Positions 9,601-18,867 of a DNA stretch of 32,000 nt are shown here, piece by piece. The DNA is from Hormoscilla sp. GTDB taxonomy: Bacteria > Cyanobacteriota > Cyanobacteriia > Cyanobacteriales > Desertifilaceae. The notes below the pieces were generated by a model. It ran no database searches, was not told where the DNA came from, and saw nothing but the letters and a program-made list of their open reading frames with translations. A program made the position numbers and the translations under genes. The stretch is from contig JBFRWI010000002.1 in NCBI GenBank assembly GCA_051439505.1, positions 60,924 through 92,923 of the forward strand, read 5' to 3'. Every line of letters starts with the position of its first letter. Positions within the stretch are counted from its first letter, which is position 1.

Positions 9601-12051
9601 TCAATGAGCGATCGGGATTTTAATAATAAACTCCGTACCCTTTCCCGGTGACGAAATGCAGTTGAGTTTACCCCCATGTTTATCTACTATAATTTGATAG
9701 CTAATAGATAGCCCCAAACCCGTACCAGAACCTACGGGTTTGGTAGTGAAAAAGGGATCGAAGATCTTATTTAAAACATCGGTAGTCATGCCAGGACCAT
9801 TGTCGGCAATGCGCGCGATCGCCCATTTTTTGTCCCGCAGTTCCGTGCGGATCGTAATAGTAGGCGATCTGTCCTTTCGATCCCCCTGAGAATGTAAAGC
9901 ATCGATCGCATTCCCGATAATATGCATAAACACTTGATTGAGCTGACTGGGATAGCAGTTAATTTCTGGCAGTAACCCATATTCTTTAATCACTTCAATT
10001 TCAACTTTACCATCCTTGGGTTTAAGTTTATGGTGTAAAATTAGGAGAGTGTTATCGATACCTTCATGCAGATTGGCGTGCTTCATGTCTGATTCATCTA
10101 GACGCGAGAAGTTTCGCAAAGAGAGGACAATAGCCCGGATGCGATCGGCCCCCATCTGCATCGAATATAACAGTTTCGGAAAGTCTTCTTTAATATATTC
10201 TAAATCTATTGCTTCTGCTGACGCTGCTATTTCCGAGTCAGGTTCTGGATAATGTAGCTGATATAATTCCAGCAAATTCATCAAGTCAGCAGCATATTCT
10301 TTAGCAGGAGTAATGTTACCATAGATGAAGCTCGTAGGATTATTGATTTCATGGGCAATACCAGCCACCATCTGCCCCAAAGAAGCCATTTTCTCACTCT
10401 GAATTAACTGGGCCTGGGTTTGCTGCAACTTGCGCAAGGCCCCTTCCACTGTTTCCTTCGCTTTGCGCAGTTCTTCGGCCTGCTTCTGCTCCGTGACATC
10501 AATGCCGATACTGATAATATAATTAATTTCTCCCTCACTATTCTGGAGAGCCGTGTTCGACCAGGAAATTAGCCGCCGATCGCCATCTTTTGTCAGCCAG
10601 TAGTTTTCATACTCACTCCCAAAAGTGCCTACTTGTAGATCCTCAAAGACTGCCATTACCGCCTCCGTTTCTTCGGGAACTAAAAAGAAATCCCAGAAAT
10701 GCCGATCTCGAACTTCACTAAATGAGTAACCCGTGGTACGCTCACAGGTATGGTTAAAGCGGATTATTCTCCCCTGCAAGTCTAGCACCACAATTAAAGC
10801 ACCAGCGGTCTCGATCACCGCTGAGGCGAAGTTGCGCTCTTCCTTTACTTCTGCAATTAGCTGGCGTAGCTGCAATGTCATCTCATTAAAGGTGTTTGCT
10901 AGCACCCACATTTCGTTGCGCTCTTCAATCTGGACCTGGATATCTAGGTCGCCGCTGCTAATGTCGATCGCGGCGGCGGTTAAGCGCTGCAAGGGCGATA
11001 CAATTTTATAGGAGAAGAAGATGCCCAAGGCTCCAGCTACAAGGATCACGAAAACCAGGGTGAGCAGTATGATGCCGATCGCCTGACGCACTGGCCCGTA
11101 GACTTCTGTTACGGGCAACTCCACGATGACTCTCCAGTTGACCCTAGGCACGGGCGCGATCGCCCCCAGCACTTCCACTCCCCTTAACCCCTGATATTTC
11201 CTCACAGTCTGCTGGCCAGTTAGCATTCCCTTGGTTAAATCCAGAATAAACTCCCGGGCTGAGAGGTCTTGTAGCTGGGCAGTTTCCGGAGAACTTCCTT
11301 TTTGGGCAATTAACTGCAAGCGGTTATCAATGATGTAAGCATAACCCGTAGATCCCAAATCCGCTTGGGAGACCACAAACCAGAGAAATTCCAGATTAAT
11401 CCTGGCCACCAAGACCCCATCTACAAGATCGCGATCGTTGCGTACTGGCACTGCCAGATTTACCACGTGCAACCCTAAAACCGGATCTATTTCTACGGGG
11501 CTGACATAATCTTCCTGGTGCTGGAATGGTCGTAAAAACAGAGGCGAATCAGCCCCGACATTTAGGGATAAATTATCATGGGGCGAAGCTGAGGCCACCA
11601 CCTCACCCCTGGGGTTTAATAGGGCGACAATTTCATAGGCTTCGTTGTGACGAGTCATAGCTTCGAGTAACTTCTGCTGCGCTGTACCGGACAGCTCCGT
11701 CAAGCCTCGTACTAAGGCCAAATAGTTGAGTTTTCCCTGTAAGTCATCTAGGTAAACCTCTATCTCATGGGCCGCTGACTTGCTTCTTTCCTCTTGCAAG
11801 CGGATCGACTGTTGCCACTGAGTCTGGAAACTGACTCTCGTCAGCAGTCCCCCGGCGAGCAGGGAGCTGAACACTGCTAGCAACAGGAAACTGGTTCTTA
11901 ACTGGTTCGCGATTTTCAATCTTGGAAGCTCTCCGGTAGTGCAATCTGAGGGCGATACATCAATTTTGCCACTAATGATGTCTCGTGTAACTGCCTTGAG
12001 AGTAGCTTCTTGTTCTGGGTCAGATTCCAATACTTCGTAGGTTTTGCACAA
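9601..12051 (-). CDS. Multi-domain sensor histidine kinase (extracytoplasmic Cache-like domain, HAMP, PAS, HisKA, HATPase_c)
   Basis: 816-aa ORF. Two TM segments ([16 protein letters not shown]; [20 protein letters not shown]) bracket a ~250-aa sensor region. PAS region ([22 protein letters not shown]). H-box [10 protein letters not shown]-boxes DNGPGM and GTGLGLS. There is no in-frame ATG upstream of TM1, so the start is the TTG at 12051 or another alternative codon. Confidence 0.88.
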   Translation of the reverse strand: MCKTYEVLESDPEQEATLKAVTRDIISGKIDVSPSDCTTGELPRLKIANQLRTSFLLLAVFSSLLAGGLLTRVSFQTQWQQSIRLQEERSKSAAHEIEVYLDDLQGKLNYLALVRGLTELSGTAQQKLLEAMTRHNEAYEIVALLNPRGEVVASASPHDNLSLNVGADSPLFLRPFQHQEDYVSPVEIDPVLGLHVVNLAVPVRNDRDLVDGVLVARINLEFLWFVVSQADLGSTGYAYIIDNRLQLIAQKGSSPETAQLQDLSAREFILDLTKGMLTGQQTVRKYQGLRGVEVLGAIAPVPRVNWRVIVELPVTEVYGPVRQAIGIILLTLVFVILVAGALGIFFSYKIVSPLQRLTAAAIDISSGDLDIQVQIEERNEMWVLANTFNEMTLQLRQLIAEVKEERNFASAVIETAGALIVVLDLQGRIIRFNHTCERTTGYSFSEVRDRHFWDFFLVPEETEAVMAVFEDLQVGTFGSEYENYWLTKDGDRRLISWSNTALQNSEGEINYIISIGIDVTEQKQAEELRKAKETVEGALRKLQQTQAQLIQSEKMASLGQMVAGIAHEINNPTSFIYGNITPAKEYAADLMNLLELYQLHYPEPDSEIAASAEAIDLEYIKEDFPKLLYSMQMGADRIRAIVLSLRNFSRLDESDMKHANLHEGIDNTLLILHHKLKPKDGKVEIEVIKEYGLLPEINCYPSQLNQVFMHIIGNAIDALHSQGDRKDRSPTITIRTELRDKKWAIARIADNGPGMTTDVLNKIFDPFFTTKPVGSGTGLGLSISYQIIVDKHGGKLNCISSPGKGTEFIIKIPIAH

Positions 12052-12063
12052 CGGCGTGGATAT

Positions 12064-12250
12064 TTGTCATTGCGAGGGGGGATACTCCGCGATTAACTTA
12101 TGCACCAATTGAGTTAACCCCCCCGAAGCAATCCCCCCGTCCGTATGAGATGAAGATCACTTCGGCGTCGGAGGTGAGATTGCTTCGGGGGGGGGGATAA
12201 AGGCGGAGATACCTAAATTATCGGTTTCGGTTTCCCCCCTCGCAATGACA
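12064..12250. mobile_element. MITE-like element with nested inverted repeats
   Basis: Perfect 18-bp outer inverted repeat tgtcattgcgagggggga (12064-12081) / tcccccctcgcaatgaca (12233-12250). 17-bp inner inverted repeat ccccccccgaagcaatc (12117-12133) / gattgcttcgggggggg (12178-12194). No ORF. Confidence 0.55.
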
Positions 12251-12317
12251 GCTTGTATCCCTTGAAGTATTGGGTTAGATTCCCCCGAAATTGATTTTGT
12301 GACAGCGATGGTCGCCC

Positions 12318-12350
12318 AGAAACCCGGTTTTTACAGAAAACCGGGTTTCT
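12318..12350. terminator. Perfect 14-bp-stem hairpin 20 bp downstream of rsgA (AGAAACCCGGTTT family)
   Basis: agaaacccggtttt (12318-12331), loop tacag, aaaaccgggtttct (12337-12350). No clear U-tract on the rsgA strand, so terminator function is uncertain. Confidence 0.4.
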
Positions 12351-12369
12351 TAATTCTGCTCGCTGAAAA

Positions 12370-13428
12370 TCAGCGTTTGCTGTGGTTGCGTATGGATTTA
12401 TGGATCTTCTTCCACTTTTCCTTTTCCACTAAAGCAGCGTTCTTGTCTTGGCGATCTCCCAGATGCTTCAACTCTTTTTGCAGCTTTTTATAGCTCAAAA
12501 AGCGCTTGAGTTCCAGCATTCCCTCCTGGATAGCTTCTTGGACTGCACATCCGGGTTCGCGATCGTGCTGACAATCCCGAAAACGACATGCTTGGGCCAG
12601 GGTTTCGATATCCGCAAAGGTATCTTCCAACCCAACATCTTGGGCCCAAATTTGGATTTCCCGCATTCCCGGCGTATCGATCAGCAAACCACCCGATGGT
12701 AACTTTATCAATTCCCGATGGGTTGTCGTATGGCGTCCCCGATCGTCCCCTTTTCTCACTCCTTGCACCTTTTGCAGCATTTTCCCGGTTAATTGATTGG
12801 CGATCGTGGACTTTCCGACCCCCGAAGACCCCAGCAATGCTACGGTCTGTCCCGGTTGCAGGTAAGAAAGCAGTCCATCCAATCCTTGTTGGTTAACTGC
12901 GCTTAAGGTAATTATCGGCACCAGAGGGGCGATCGCCTCTACTGCCAGTATCCGTTCGTCAACATCTGAGCACAAATCAGCCTTATTCAAAATAATGACA
13001 GGATTAGCGCCACTTTCCCAAGTTAGAATCAGATAGCGTTCGATCCTCCTGAGATTAAAATCCCCATCCAATCCCGACAGCAAAAAGACAGTGTCAATGT
13101 TCGTCGCCACAATTTGCGCTGCTGTTTTCGCACCCGCCGTTTTCCGACTAAATTTGCTTTGGCGGGGCAAAACATCATGGATGGTTGCCGTTTTTTCCTC
13201 TGGGACATTAATAACGACCCAATCTCCTACCGCTGGCAAATCCTCCTGACCGGATGCTTGGTATCGCAGTTTCCCAGTCACCTTTGCCGACAGTTCTCCA
13301 AACTCACTGTAGACAATGTAACTGTTTTTGTGTTCCCGGGCAACTCTCGCCGCCGCGTATCCTGCTTGTTGGTAGCTTTCAAAACTTGCGGCAAAAAAAC
13401 TTTTCCAACCTAATTCCTCTAGGTTCAT
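12370..13428 (-). CDS. rsgA: Ribosome small-subunit-dependent GTPase A
   Basis: Circularly permuted GTPase motifs (NKADL ... [14 protein letters not shown] ... DTPGMRE) and C-terminal zinc knuckle [17 protein letters not shown] at 13428 with gagga 8 nt upstream is preferred over the GTG at 13470. Confidence 0.93.
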   Translation of the reverse strand: MNLEELGWKSFFAASFESYQQAGYAAARVAREHKNSYIVYSEFGELSAKVTGKLRYQASGQEDLPAVGDWVVINVPEEKTATIHDVLPRQSKFSRKTAGAKTAAQIVATNIDTVFLLSGLDGDFNLRRIERYLILTWESGANPVIILNKADLCSDVDERILAVEAIAPLVPIITLSAVNQQGLDGLLSYLQPGQTVALLGSSGVGKSTIANQLTGKMLQKVQGVRKGDDRGRHTTTHRELIKLPSGGLLIDTPGMREIQIWAQDVGLEDTFADIETLAQACRFRDCQHDREPGCAVQEAIQEGMLELKRFLSYKKLQKELKHLGDRQDKNAALVEKEKWKKIHKSIRNHSKR

Positions 13429-13465
13429 TGAAGTTTCCTCTAGGTAATTGCTTGTAACGGCAACA

Positions 13466-13542
13466 CTCACAGAGGAAAGCGCGCTTTGCGCTTACTACAA
13501 ACGGCGCTCAAGCGCTTGCAAACCTGTTATCGCCTCTGTGAG
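13466..13542. repeat. Long hairpin (10-bp stem) enclosing smaller GC hairpins between iscB and rsgA
   Basis: ctcacagagg (13466-13475) pairs with cctctgtgag (13533-13542). The interior aaagcgcgctttgcgcttactacaaacggcgctcaagcgctt resembles the 3691-3755 units. Confidence 0.6.
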
Positions 13543-13604
13543 GTGCGCGGGTTGTTGCTTGACCATCCGAACAGCATACTAAAAAACTGGTAATTTCCGG
13601 AAAA

Positions 13605-14870
13605 TCATCCCCATTTATACGCATATCCATCTCTTCTGAAGATAGGTTTTAGGTCTATTGGCTTGACTGACTTCTGGGTTTTGTCAGGTTTGGTCAACAT
13701 AAAACTACCGCGACTTCTGGGAGTAATTCTACCTATTCCATGAACTTTATGCTTGGCAATATCGCCAGTTTGCCATCCCTTGATGGGCTTTAATGGATTG
13801 TGACGGATTGGATATCCGTACTTGTTAAGAGCAGCTTTTTGACGACCTCCACGCCCCTTGCAAGTAATGAGTAGTGGCCGAGTAGTTGCGATTTTTAACA
13901 TGGGTGTACTTCTTCCCACACAAGCTGCATCGAGCCAATGAGTTTTGGGCAATCCTTGAAGAGTTCGGTTGTATTTTGTCAAACCACCCGTGCCAGTTTC
14001 AATGGCTAATCCAGTTTCCTTAAGGCGGTTAAACAATGCCCATCGGGTAGAGTTGACTGCCGCTGCATCTTTTAGGGGGGCTTTTGCTTGCGCTAGCAAC
14101 CGCTTCAAAACTTCCGGCTTCTTTTTTAGGAATTGCTCGACAGCAGAGGCTGCTTTTTTCTGGTTGCATTTATGGCAAGCGATAGCCAGATTGCTAACTC
14201 GGTCGGAACCTCCCTTACTCTTGGGATGAATGTGTTCGATTTCTAACGGGACTTCTTTGGCACCGCAGTAGGCACACTGGTGTCGCCATTTGGTCAAGAG
14301 ATATTCCCTCAACTCGTATCCAAACAAGACTCCATGCTGGTACTCAACCCCTGATATCTCAGGGTTTTGCAGCTTTTGTGTGTCAAACCGCACTAGCTCC
14401 ATTGAGATGTCCGTTATCGGGCAATACTTCCGCAGGCGCTTGACCCAGGTCATGACAGTTTCAACTCGATGTTGCAGGCTGGGAGCTAGCCATCCAAGGG
14501 GGCGCTTCCTGTTATTGAATCTCCCAGGACGATAACGAGTCTTACGGTTACGACGATTGCGACGAACAGCGCGACGGTCTGCTAACTTTTTCTTGATCGA
14601 GTCGCCTCTGTGAGTCAATTCCGCTGCCCATACAACTGTACCAGTCTTCTCATTCACTAGCACAATACCAGTCACTTTAGCTCCTGGGTCTAACTTAATC
14701 CGATGAGGTTCTAAGCCTGGATCTTCAACAGTTCTTCTGAGGATAATCGTAAACGGATAGGTTCTGAAAACCGCAGCCTTGCCCTGCTTTAAGAGCTTTC
14801 GCGCCCTGGCAGGGTGAATAGGATTGAGCCGCTGCTTGTTGGCATCTAAAACGAAAACACAATTTTGCAT
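13605..14870 (-). CDS. iscB: IscB, OMEGA-type RNA-guided endonuclease (split RuvC with inserted HNH)
   Basis: 421 aa. PLMP-like N-terminus VFVLDANKQRLNPIHPARARKLLKQGKAAV. RuvC-I IKLDPGAKVTGIV (Asp61). Arg-rich bridge helix RRAVRRNRRNRKTRYRPGRFNNRKRPLGWLAPS. RuvC-II ISMELVRFD. HNH CAYCG..LEIEHIHPKSKGGSDRVSNLAIACHKCN. RuvC-III THWLDAACVG. Confidence 0.9.
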   Translation of the reverse strand: MQNCVFVLDANKQRLNPIHPARARKLLKQGKAAVFRTYPFTIILRRTVEDPGLEPHRIKLDPGAKVTGIVLVNEKTGTVVWAAELTHRGDSIKKKLADRRAVRRNRRNRKTRYRPGRFNNRKRPLGWLAPSLQHRVETVMTWVKRLRKYCPITDISMELVRFDTQKLQNPEISGVEYQHGVLFGYELREYLLTKWRHQCAYCGAKEVPLEIEHIHPKSKGGSDRVSNLAIACHKCNQKKAASAVEQFLKKKPEVLKRLLAQAKAPLKDAAAVNSTRWALFNRLKETGLAIETGTGGLTKYNRTLQGLPKTHWLDAACVGRSTPMLKIATTRPLLITCKGRGGRQKAALNKYGYPIRHNPLKPIKGWQTGDIAKHKVHGIGRITPRSRGSFMLTKPDKTQKSVKPIDLKPIFRRDGYAYKWG

Positions 14871-15191
14871 TTAAGCAACTCCCAAAAAAGGGGTAAAGTT
14901 TGCCTCGGTCATGTTAAGGGTGCTTTTTACATCTAACTCACGCGGTCCTACAAAATCCATTCGTTCCGTTCCTTAAAGCTAGACGACAGAGCTACGAGCT
15001 GGCGCTCACCCGTAGGTATCATGACTCCCCTAACGTAGGTCTGATCCTGGACCTGCATCTTGCATCTTCCCGAGGGAGATAATTCCAACAAAGGTCAGAA
15101 ATTACCGGATTTTATGCAAGAGCTACCGACTCAGACATATTCTTTCTCCTGTTTTTACTTCAACGCTAACGCAACGCTAAATTTTAGCTAT
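14871..15191 (-). ncRNA. Candidate IscB omega-RNA (HEARO-type) 5' leader
   Basis: No ORF of 60 aa or more on either strand across 14871-15417. It lies directly 5' of iscB, where omega-RNAs are encoded. A near-consensus promoter sits at its 5' edge. Local stems include atcttcc-cga-ggGagat at 15064-15080. The 5' boundary and the fold were not determined. Confidence 0.55.
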
Positions 15192-15197
15192 ACTTCT

Positions 15198-15226
15198 ATT
15201 ATAACATAGATTGAAGCGAAACTCAA
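15198..15226 (-). promoter_or_regulatory. Sigma70-type promoter facing iscB
   Basis: Minus strand reads TTGAGT (15226-15221), a 17-bp spacer, then TATAAT (15203-15198). Confidence 0.45.
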
Positions 15227-15240
15227 CTTGCATTGCTGCT

Positions 15241-15413
15241 GTTGGGTTTCGTACCTGATACTGTTGGCCAATTAATTGGGGGGTATGACCCATTATCAGC
15301 CTCAAATGCTGATTGGGCTTGACTTTCCCCCCCCCTCCCCCCCTCCCTCCCTCACCCCCTCAGACGCCCCCGAATTGGTAATTCGCCAACAGCATCCCGT
15401 ACCTCAACCCAAC
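15241..15413. mobile_element. MITE-like element: ~40-bp imperfect terminal inverted repeats around a C-rich/G-rich core
   Basis: Left arm gttgggtttcgtacctgatactgttggccaattaattgg (15241-15279) matches the reverse complement of 15372-15413 (gttgggttgaggtacgggatgctgttggcgaattaccaattc). The core holds the C-run tract 15327-15371. The element ends 10 bp from the sodA stop. Confidence 0.5.
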
Positions 15414-15423
15414 CTACATGAAT

Positions 15424-16149
15424 TTAGGTAGAACGCGCCTGGGCAAACCGTTTATTCACTTCATCCCAGTTCACCACATTCCACCACGCCTTCAGGTACG
15501 CACCCCGATCGTTCCTGTAGTTGAGATAATAGGCATGTTCCCAAACATCATTTCCCATGATGGGATATTTGCCCTCCATCAAGGGACTATCCTGGTTAGG
15601 GGTACTCATCACCTCCAACTTGCCATCAGCAGTATAAACTAACCAGGCCCAACCACTGCCGAAACGCTTGCTGCCAGCATCGTTGAATTGTTCTTGGAAC
15701 TTGGCAAAGCTGCCAAACGCGGCATCCATGGCAGAGGCGATCGCCCCAGTTGGCTTCCCGCCAGCATTAGGAGCCATAATTTCCCAGAACATCTTATGAT
15801 TCACATAGCCGCCGCCATTATTGCGCACCGTTGTCTGGATATCTGCGGGAATACTTTTAATATTGAGCAGCAGTTCTTCTCCGCTGGTGCCTTTCAGTTC
15901 CGGATATTTGTCTAATGCCTTATTCAAGTTCCGGGTGTAACCAGCATGATGTTTGTCATGGTGAAACTTCATCGTTTCCGCATCGATGTATGGTTCCAAG
16001 GCATCGTAGGCATAGGGGAGAGGCGGTAACTCGAAACTACCCGCGTTCTGTTCCCCTGAATTGTCCCCAGATGCCTGGCAAGCACCGAAAGTGATGGCAC
16101 CGACCCCGACTCCCAGCATATACAAGAAATTCCGACGATTTACAACCAT
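15424..16149 (-). CDS. sodA: Mn-type superoxide dismutase with twin-arginine signal and lipobox-like cysteine
   Basis: [21 protein letters not shown] (Mn-type pattern) and [10 protein letters not shown]-terminus [27 protein letters not shown] at 16149 is preferred over the upstream TTG at 16173. Confidence 0.9.
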   Translation of the reverse strand: MVVNRRNFLYMLGVGVGAITFGACQASGDNSGEQNAGSFELPPLPYAYDALEPYIDAETMKFHHDKHHAGYTRNLNKALDKYPELKGTSGEELLLNIKSIPADIQTTVRNNGGGYVNHKMFWEIMAPNAGGKPTGAIASAMDAAFGSFAKFQEQFNDAGSKRFGSGWAWLVYTADGKLEVMSTPNQDSPLMEGKYPIMGNDVWEHAYYLNYRNDRGAYLKAWWNVVNWDEVNKRFAQARST

Positions 16150-16208
16150 AATTACATCTTTCTCAATTCTCAATTAACAATTGCTCAATTCTGGCATTGC
16201 CAAATAAA

Positions 16209-17399
16209 TTAGGCAGATCTTGACTGAGAGAGGCGTTTTACTTCTTCACCTCCTAGCAACTGATGCGCCTCTTCTAGTAAAGCAGGGATTTTGTCTCCAT
16301 GGGGACTATTCGCCAGACATTCGCGCAAGTCCATTTCCCGAACCCGCGAGGCATTATTTCCCGGAAACCAGTGACCTGCGTTACCCAGCAGATTATAGCG
16401 CCCTTTGGCATAGTCAATCATGTCGTAGGCCAGGGCGAGATTCCTCAACCACAGGATAACGGGAATATTGATGTTACCAGGCGTGTGATCGCACTCGGGT
16501 AATCCCACATGCCAGGTTTTCACCCAATCTTCCCCCAGAGTAGTAATTGCCTCCCGTTCCAACCGCCCTAAAATCGGCGGCAATATCTCTCCCGCCCGGT
16601 CTAATAGGGGCAAAACCTGCAAGTGTTCGTCAAAATCCGTCGGTCGTGCCACCCCCACACTGAGAGTATGTACCTGCTTGTGAGAAAGACAAAACAGGTC
16701 ATTAAACTGCATCGGAAGAAGGGGTTTACATAACTCTAGCAACTTGGGCGGCGGATCGTAAAGTTTCCCCCCCTTATCGGAAGGACTGATGATGAAAACA
16801 CCCAGATCGTGACGTTGCGCAGCTTCTATAGCAGGCCAGTTAACTTGATTGATGTAGTACCAGTGGAGATTCACGTAGTCAAACTGGTCGGTTTCAATAG
16901 TTTTGACAATGATGTCCGTCGGACCGTGAGTCGAGAAGCCAATAAACCGCACCTTGCCTTCCTCTTGCAGCTTCCGGGCCACCTCCAGACAGCCACCCTC
17001 TCGGATACTCTCGTGCAGCAACTCCGCCGTATTGATACCTTGCAGGGAGAGCAAATCAACATGGTCCAGCTTCAGGAAAGCCAGGGACTGCTCGAAATCA
17101 CGCCGAAACTCGACAGTGTCTGACCGGGGACTAATCTTGGTCTGGACAATTATCTGTTCGCGAGGAAACTGGGGCAAAAGCTGGCCTAGTTGCATCTCCG
17201 ATGTGCCATAGATCCTAGCCGTTTCAAAGTGATTGATGCCGACTTCTAAAGACCGACGAATATTTGCTTCCAGATTGCACTGGTTCTCCTCTGGAATCGA
17301 AGATATTAGCACATCCTCCCACTTATATTGATAGCGCATGCCACCGCAGGAGAATACTGGCATAAGTAGTTCTGTGCGCCCAAATCGTCTGTATTCCAT
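16209..17399 (-). CDS. Aldo/keto reductase family oxidoreductase (paralog 1)
   Basis: 396 aa. (Y)RRFGRT.L..PVFS.GGMR N-terminus and AKR-like core (INH.ETAR.YGTSE, VDLLSL.GIN). Highly similar to 17522-18703. Confidence 0.85.
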   Translation of the reverse strand: MEYRRFGRTELLMPVFSCGGMRYQYKWEDVLISSIPEENQCNLEANIRRSLEVGINHFETARIYGTSEMQLGQLLPQFPREQIIVQTKISPRSDTVEFRRDFEQSLAFLKLDHVDLLSLQGINTAELLHESIREGGCLEVARKLQEEGKVRFIGFSTHGPTDIIVKTIETDQFDYVNLHWYYINQVNWPAIEAAQRHDLGVFIISPSDKGGKLYDPPPKLLELCKPLLPMQFNDLFCLSHKQVHTLSVGVARPTDFDEHLQVLPLLDRAGEILPPILGRLEREAITTLGEDWVKTWHVGLPECDHTPGNINIPVILWLRNLALAYDMIDYAKGRYNLLGNAGHWFPGNNASRVREMDLRECLANSPHGDKIPALLEEAHQLLGGEEVKRLSQSRSA

Positions 17400-17476
17400 G
17401 GGTTTTAGTGGGTTGGGTATCAGTTCAATCCTATGTAGTCTGCCCGCTATAGATCGCCAATTTATCTTATAATCTT

Positions 17477-17521
17477 TTGCTCAATTAACAATTGCTCAAT
17501 TAACAATTGCTCAATTAACAA
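17477..17521. repeat. 15-bp tandem repeat x3 (ttgctcaattaacaa)
   Basis: Units at 17477, 17492 and 17507 abut the stop codon of the upstream paralog. A related caattaacaattgctcaatt string lies at ~16170-16190. Confidence 0.9.
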
Positions 17522-18703
17522 TTACGACTGAGAAAGGCGTTTTACTTCTTCACCTCCTAGCAACTGATGGGCCTCTTCTAGTAAAGCAGGGATTTTGTCC
17601 CCGTGGGGACTATTCGCCAAACATTCGCGCAAGTCCAGTTGCCTCACCCGCGAAGCCTGATTTCCCGGAAACCAGTGACCTCCGTTACCCAGCAGGTTAT
17701 AGCGCTTTTTGGCATAGTCAATCATGTCGTAGGCCAGGGCGAGATTTCTCAACCACAGGATAATGGGAATATTTATGTTATCAGGCGTCCGATCGTACTC
17801 GGGTAATCCGACATGCCAGGTTTTCACCCAATCTTCCTCCAGAGTAGTAATTGCCTCCTGTTCCAATCGCCCTAAAATCGGCGGCAATATCTCCTCCGCC
17901 CGGTCTAACAGGGGTAAAACCTCCAAATGTTCGTCAAAATCTGTGGGTCGCGCCGCCCCCAAACTGAGAGTATGTACCTGCTTGTGAGAAAGACAAAACA
18001 GGTCATTAAACTGCATCGGACTAAGGGGTTTACAGAGTTCTACCAACTTGGGCGGCGGCGCGTAAAGTTTGCCCCCCTTATCGGACGGACTGATGATAAA
18101 AACACCCATATCCTGGCGTTCCGCAGCTTCGATCGCAGGCCAGTTAACTTGATTGATGTAGTACCAGTGCAGATTCACGTAGTCAAACTGGCCAGTCTCA
18201 ATAGTTTTGACAATAATGTCTGTCGGACCGTGAGTCGAGAAACCAATAAACCGCACCTTGCCTTCGGTTTGCAGCTTGCGGGCCACATCCAGACAGCCAC
18301 CCGGTCGGATACTGTCGTGCAGCAACTCATCAGTATTGATACCGTGTAGGGACAGCAAATCGACATAGTCCAGCTTCAGGAAAGCCAGGGACTGCTCAAA
18401 CAGACGCAGAAACTCGACTGTGTCTGACTTGGGATAAACCTTGGTCTGGACAATCAGCTGTTCGCGAGGAAACTGGGGCAGAATCTTGCCCAGCTGCATC
18501 TCCGAGGTGCCATAGTCCCTAGCCGTTTCTATGTGATTGATGCCGACTTCCACAGACCGGCGAATAGTCGCTTCCAGATTGCGCTGGTTGTCCTGGGGAA
18601 TCTCCGATGCTGGCAGATCCTGCCACTTGTATTGATAGCGCATACCGCCGCAGGAGAATACTGGTATTTGCAATTGAGTGCGCCCAAATCGTCTGTATTG
18701 CAT
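17522..18703 (-). CDS. Aldo/keto reductase family oxidoreductase (paralog 2)
   Basis: 393 aa, collinear with 16209-17399 along its full length with scattered substitutions. Confidence 0.85.
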   Translation of the reverse strand: MQYRRFGRTQLQIPVFSCGGMRYQYKWQDLPASEIPQDNQRNLEATIRRSVEVGINHIETARDYGTSEMQLGKILPQFPREQLIVQTKVYPKSDTVEFLRLFEQSLAFLKLDYVDLLSLHGINTDELLHDSIRPGGCLDVARKLQTEGKVRFIGFSTHGPTDIIVKTIETGQFDYVNLHWYYINQVNWPAIEAAERQDMGVFIISPSDKGGKLYAPPPKLVELCKPLSPMQFNDLFCLSHKQVHTLSLGAARPTDFDEHLEVLPLLDRAEEILPPILGRLEQEAITTLEEDWVKTWHVGLPEYDRTPDNINIPIILWLRNLALAYDMIDYAKKRYNLLGNGGHWFPGNQASRVRQLDLRECLANSPHGDKIPALLEEAHQLLGGEEVKRLSQS

Positions 18704-18867
18704 GGGTTTGAGTGGGTTCCGAATCAGTTCAATCCTATGTAGTCTGTCCGTTAGTGCAGCAAGAAAGCGCGATAAGATCAGCTCAAGTCCCCCTCATCGA
18801 CACATCTGATGGGCCGGGTTTGGGGACTTATGACCATACCAGACCTACTGTACCTTAACTCACGTAT

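Noticed and set aside
12299-12493. 64-aa ORF (and the similar 31282-31482 ORF), both containing ..KPGF..
   Set aside because: The shared peptide is just the translation of the AGAAACCCGGTTTCT palindrome. One of the ORFs overlaps the rsgA 3' end.
13969-14535. ORFs antisense to iscB (13969-14229, 14290-14535), considered as a possible hidden TnpA
   Set aside because: They have no HUH or catalytic Tyr motifs, they lie entirely within the iscB coding frame on the opposite strand, and their composition is typical of antisense translation.
13605-14870. Alternative reading of the HNH protein as a group II intron / retron-associated or McrA-type HNH endonuclease
   Set aside because: There is no reverse-transcriptase or maturase domain. 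The HNH is embedded between RuvC-II and RuvC-III motifs and preceded by a PLMP-like N-terminus and an Arg-rich bridge helix, which is the IscB arrangement.
15327-15371. C-rich tract as a proline-rich coding segment
   Set aside because: No ORF of meaningful length covers it on either strand. It lies inside an inverted-repeat element, so it is treated as structural DNA/RNA (G4/i-motif) only.
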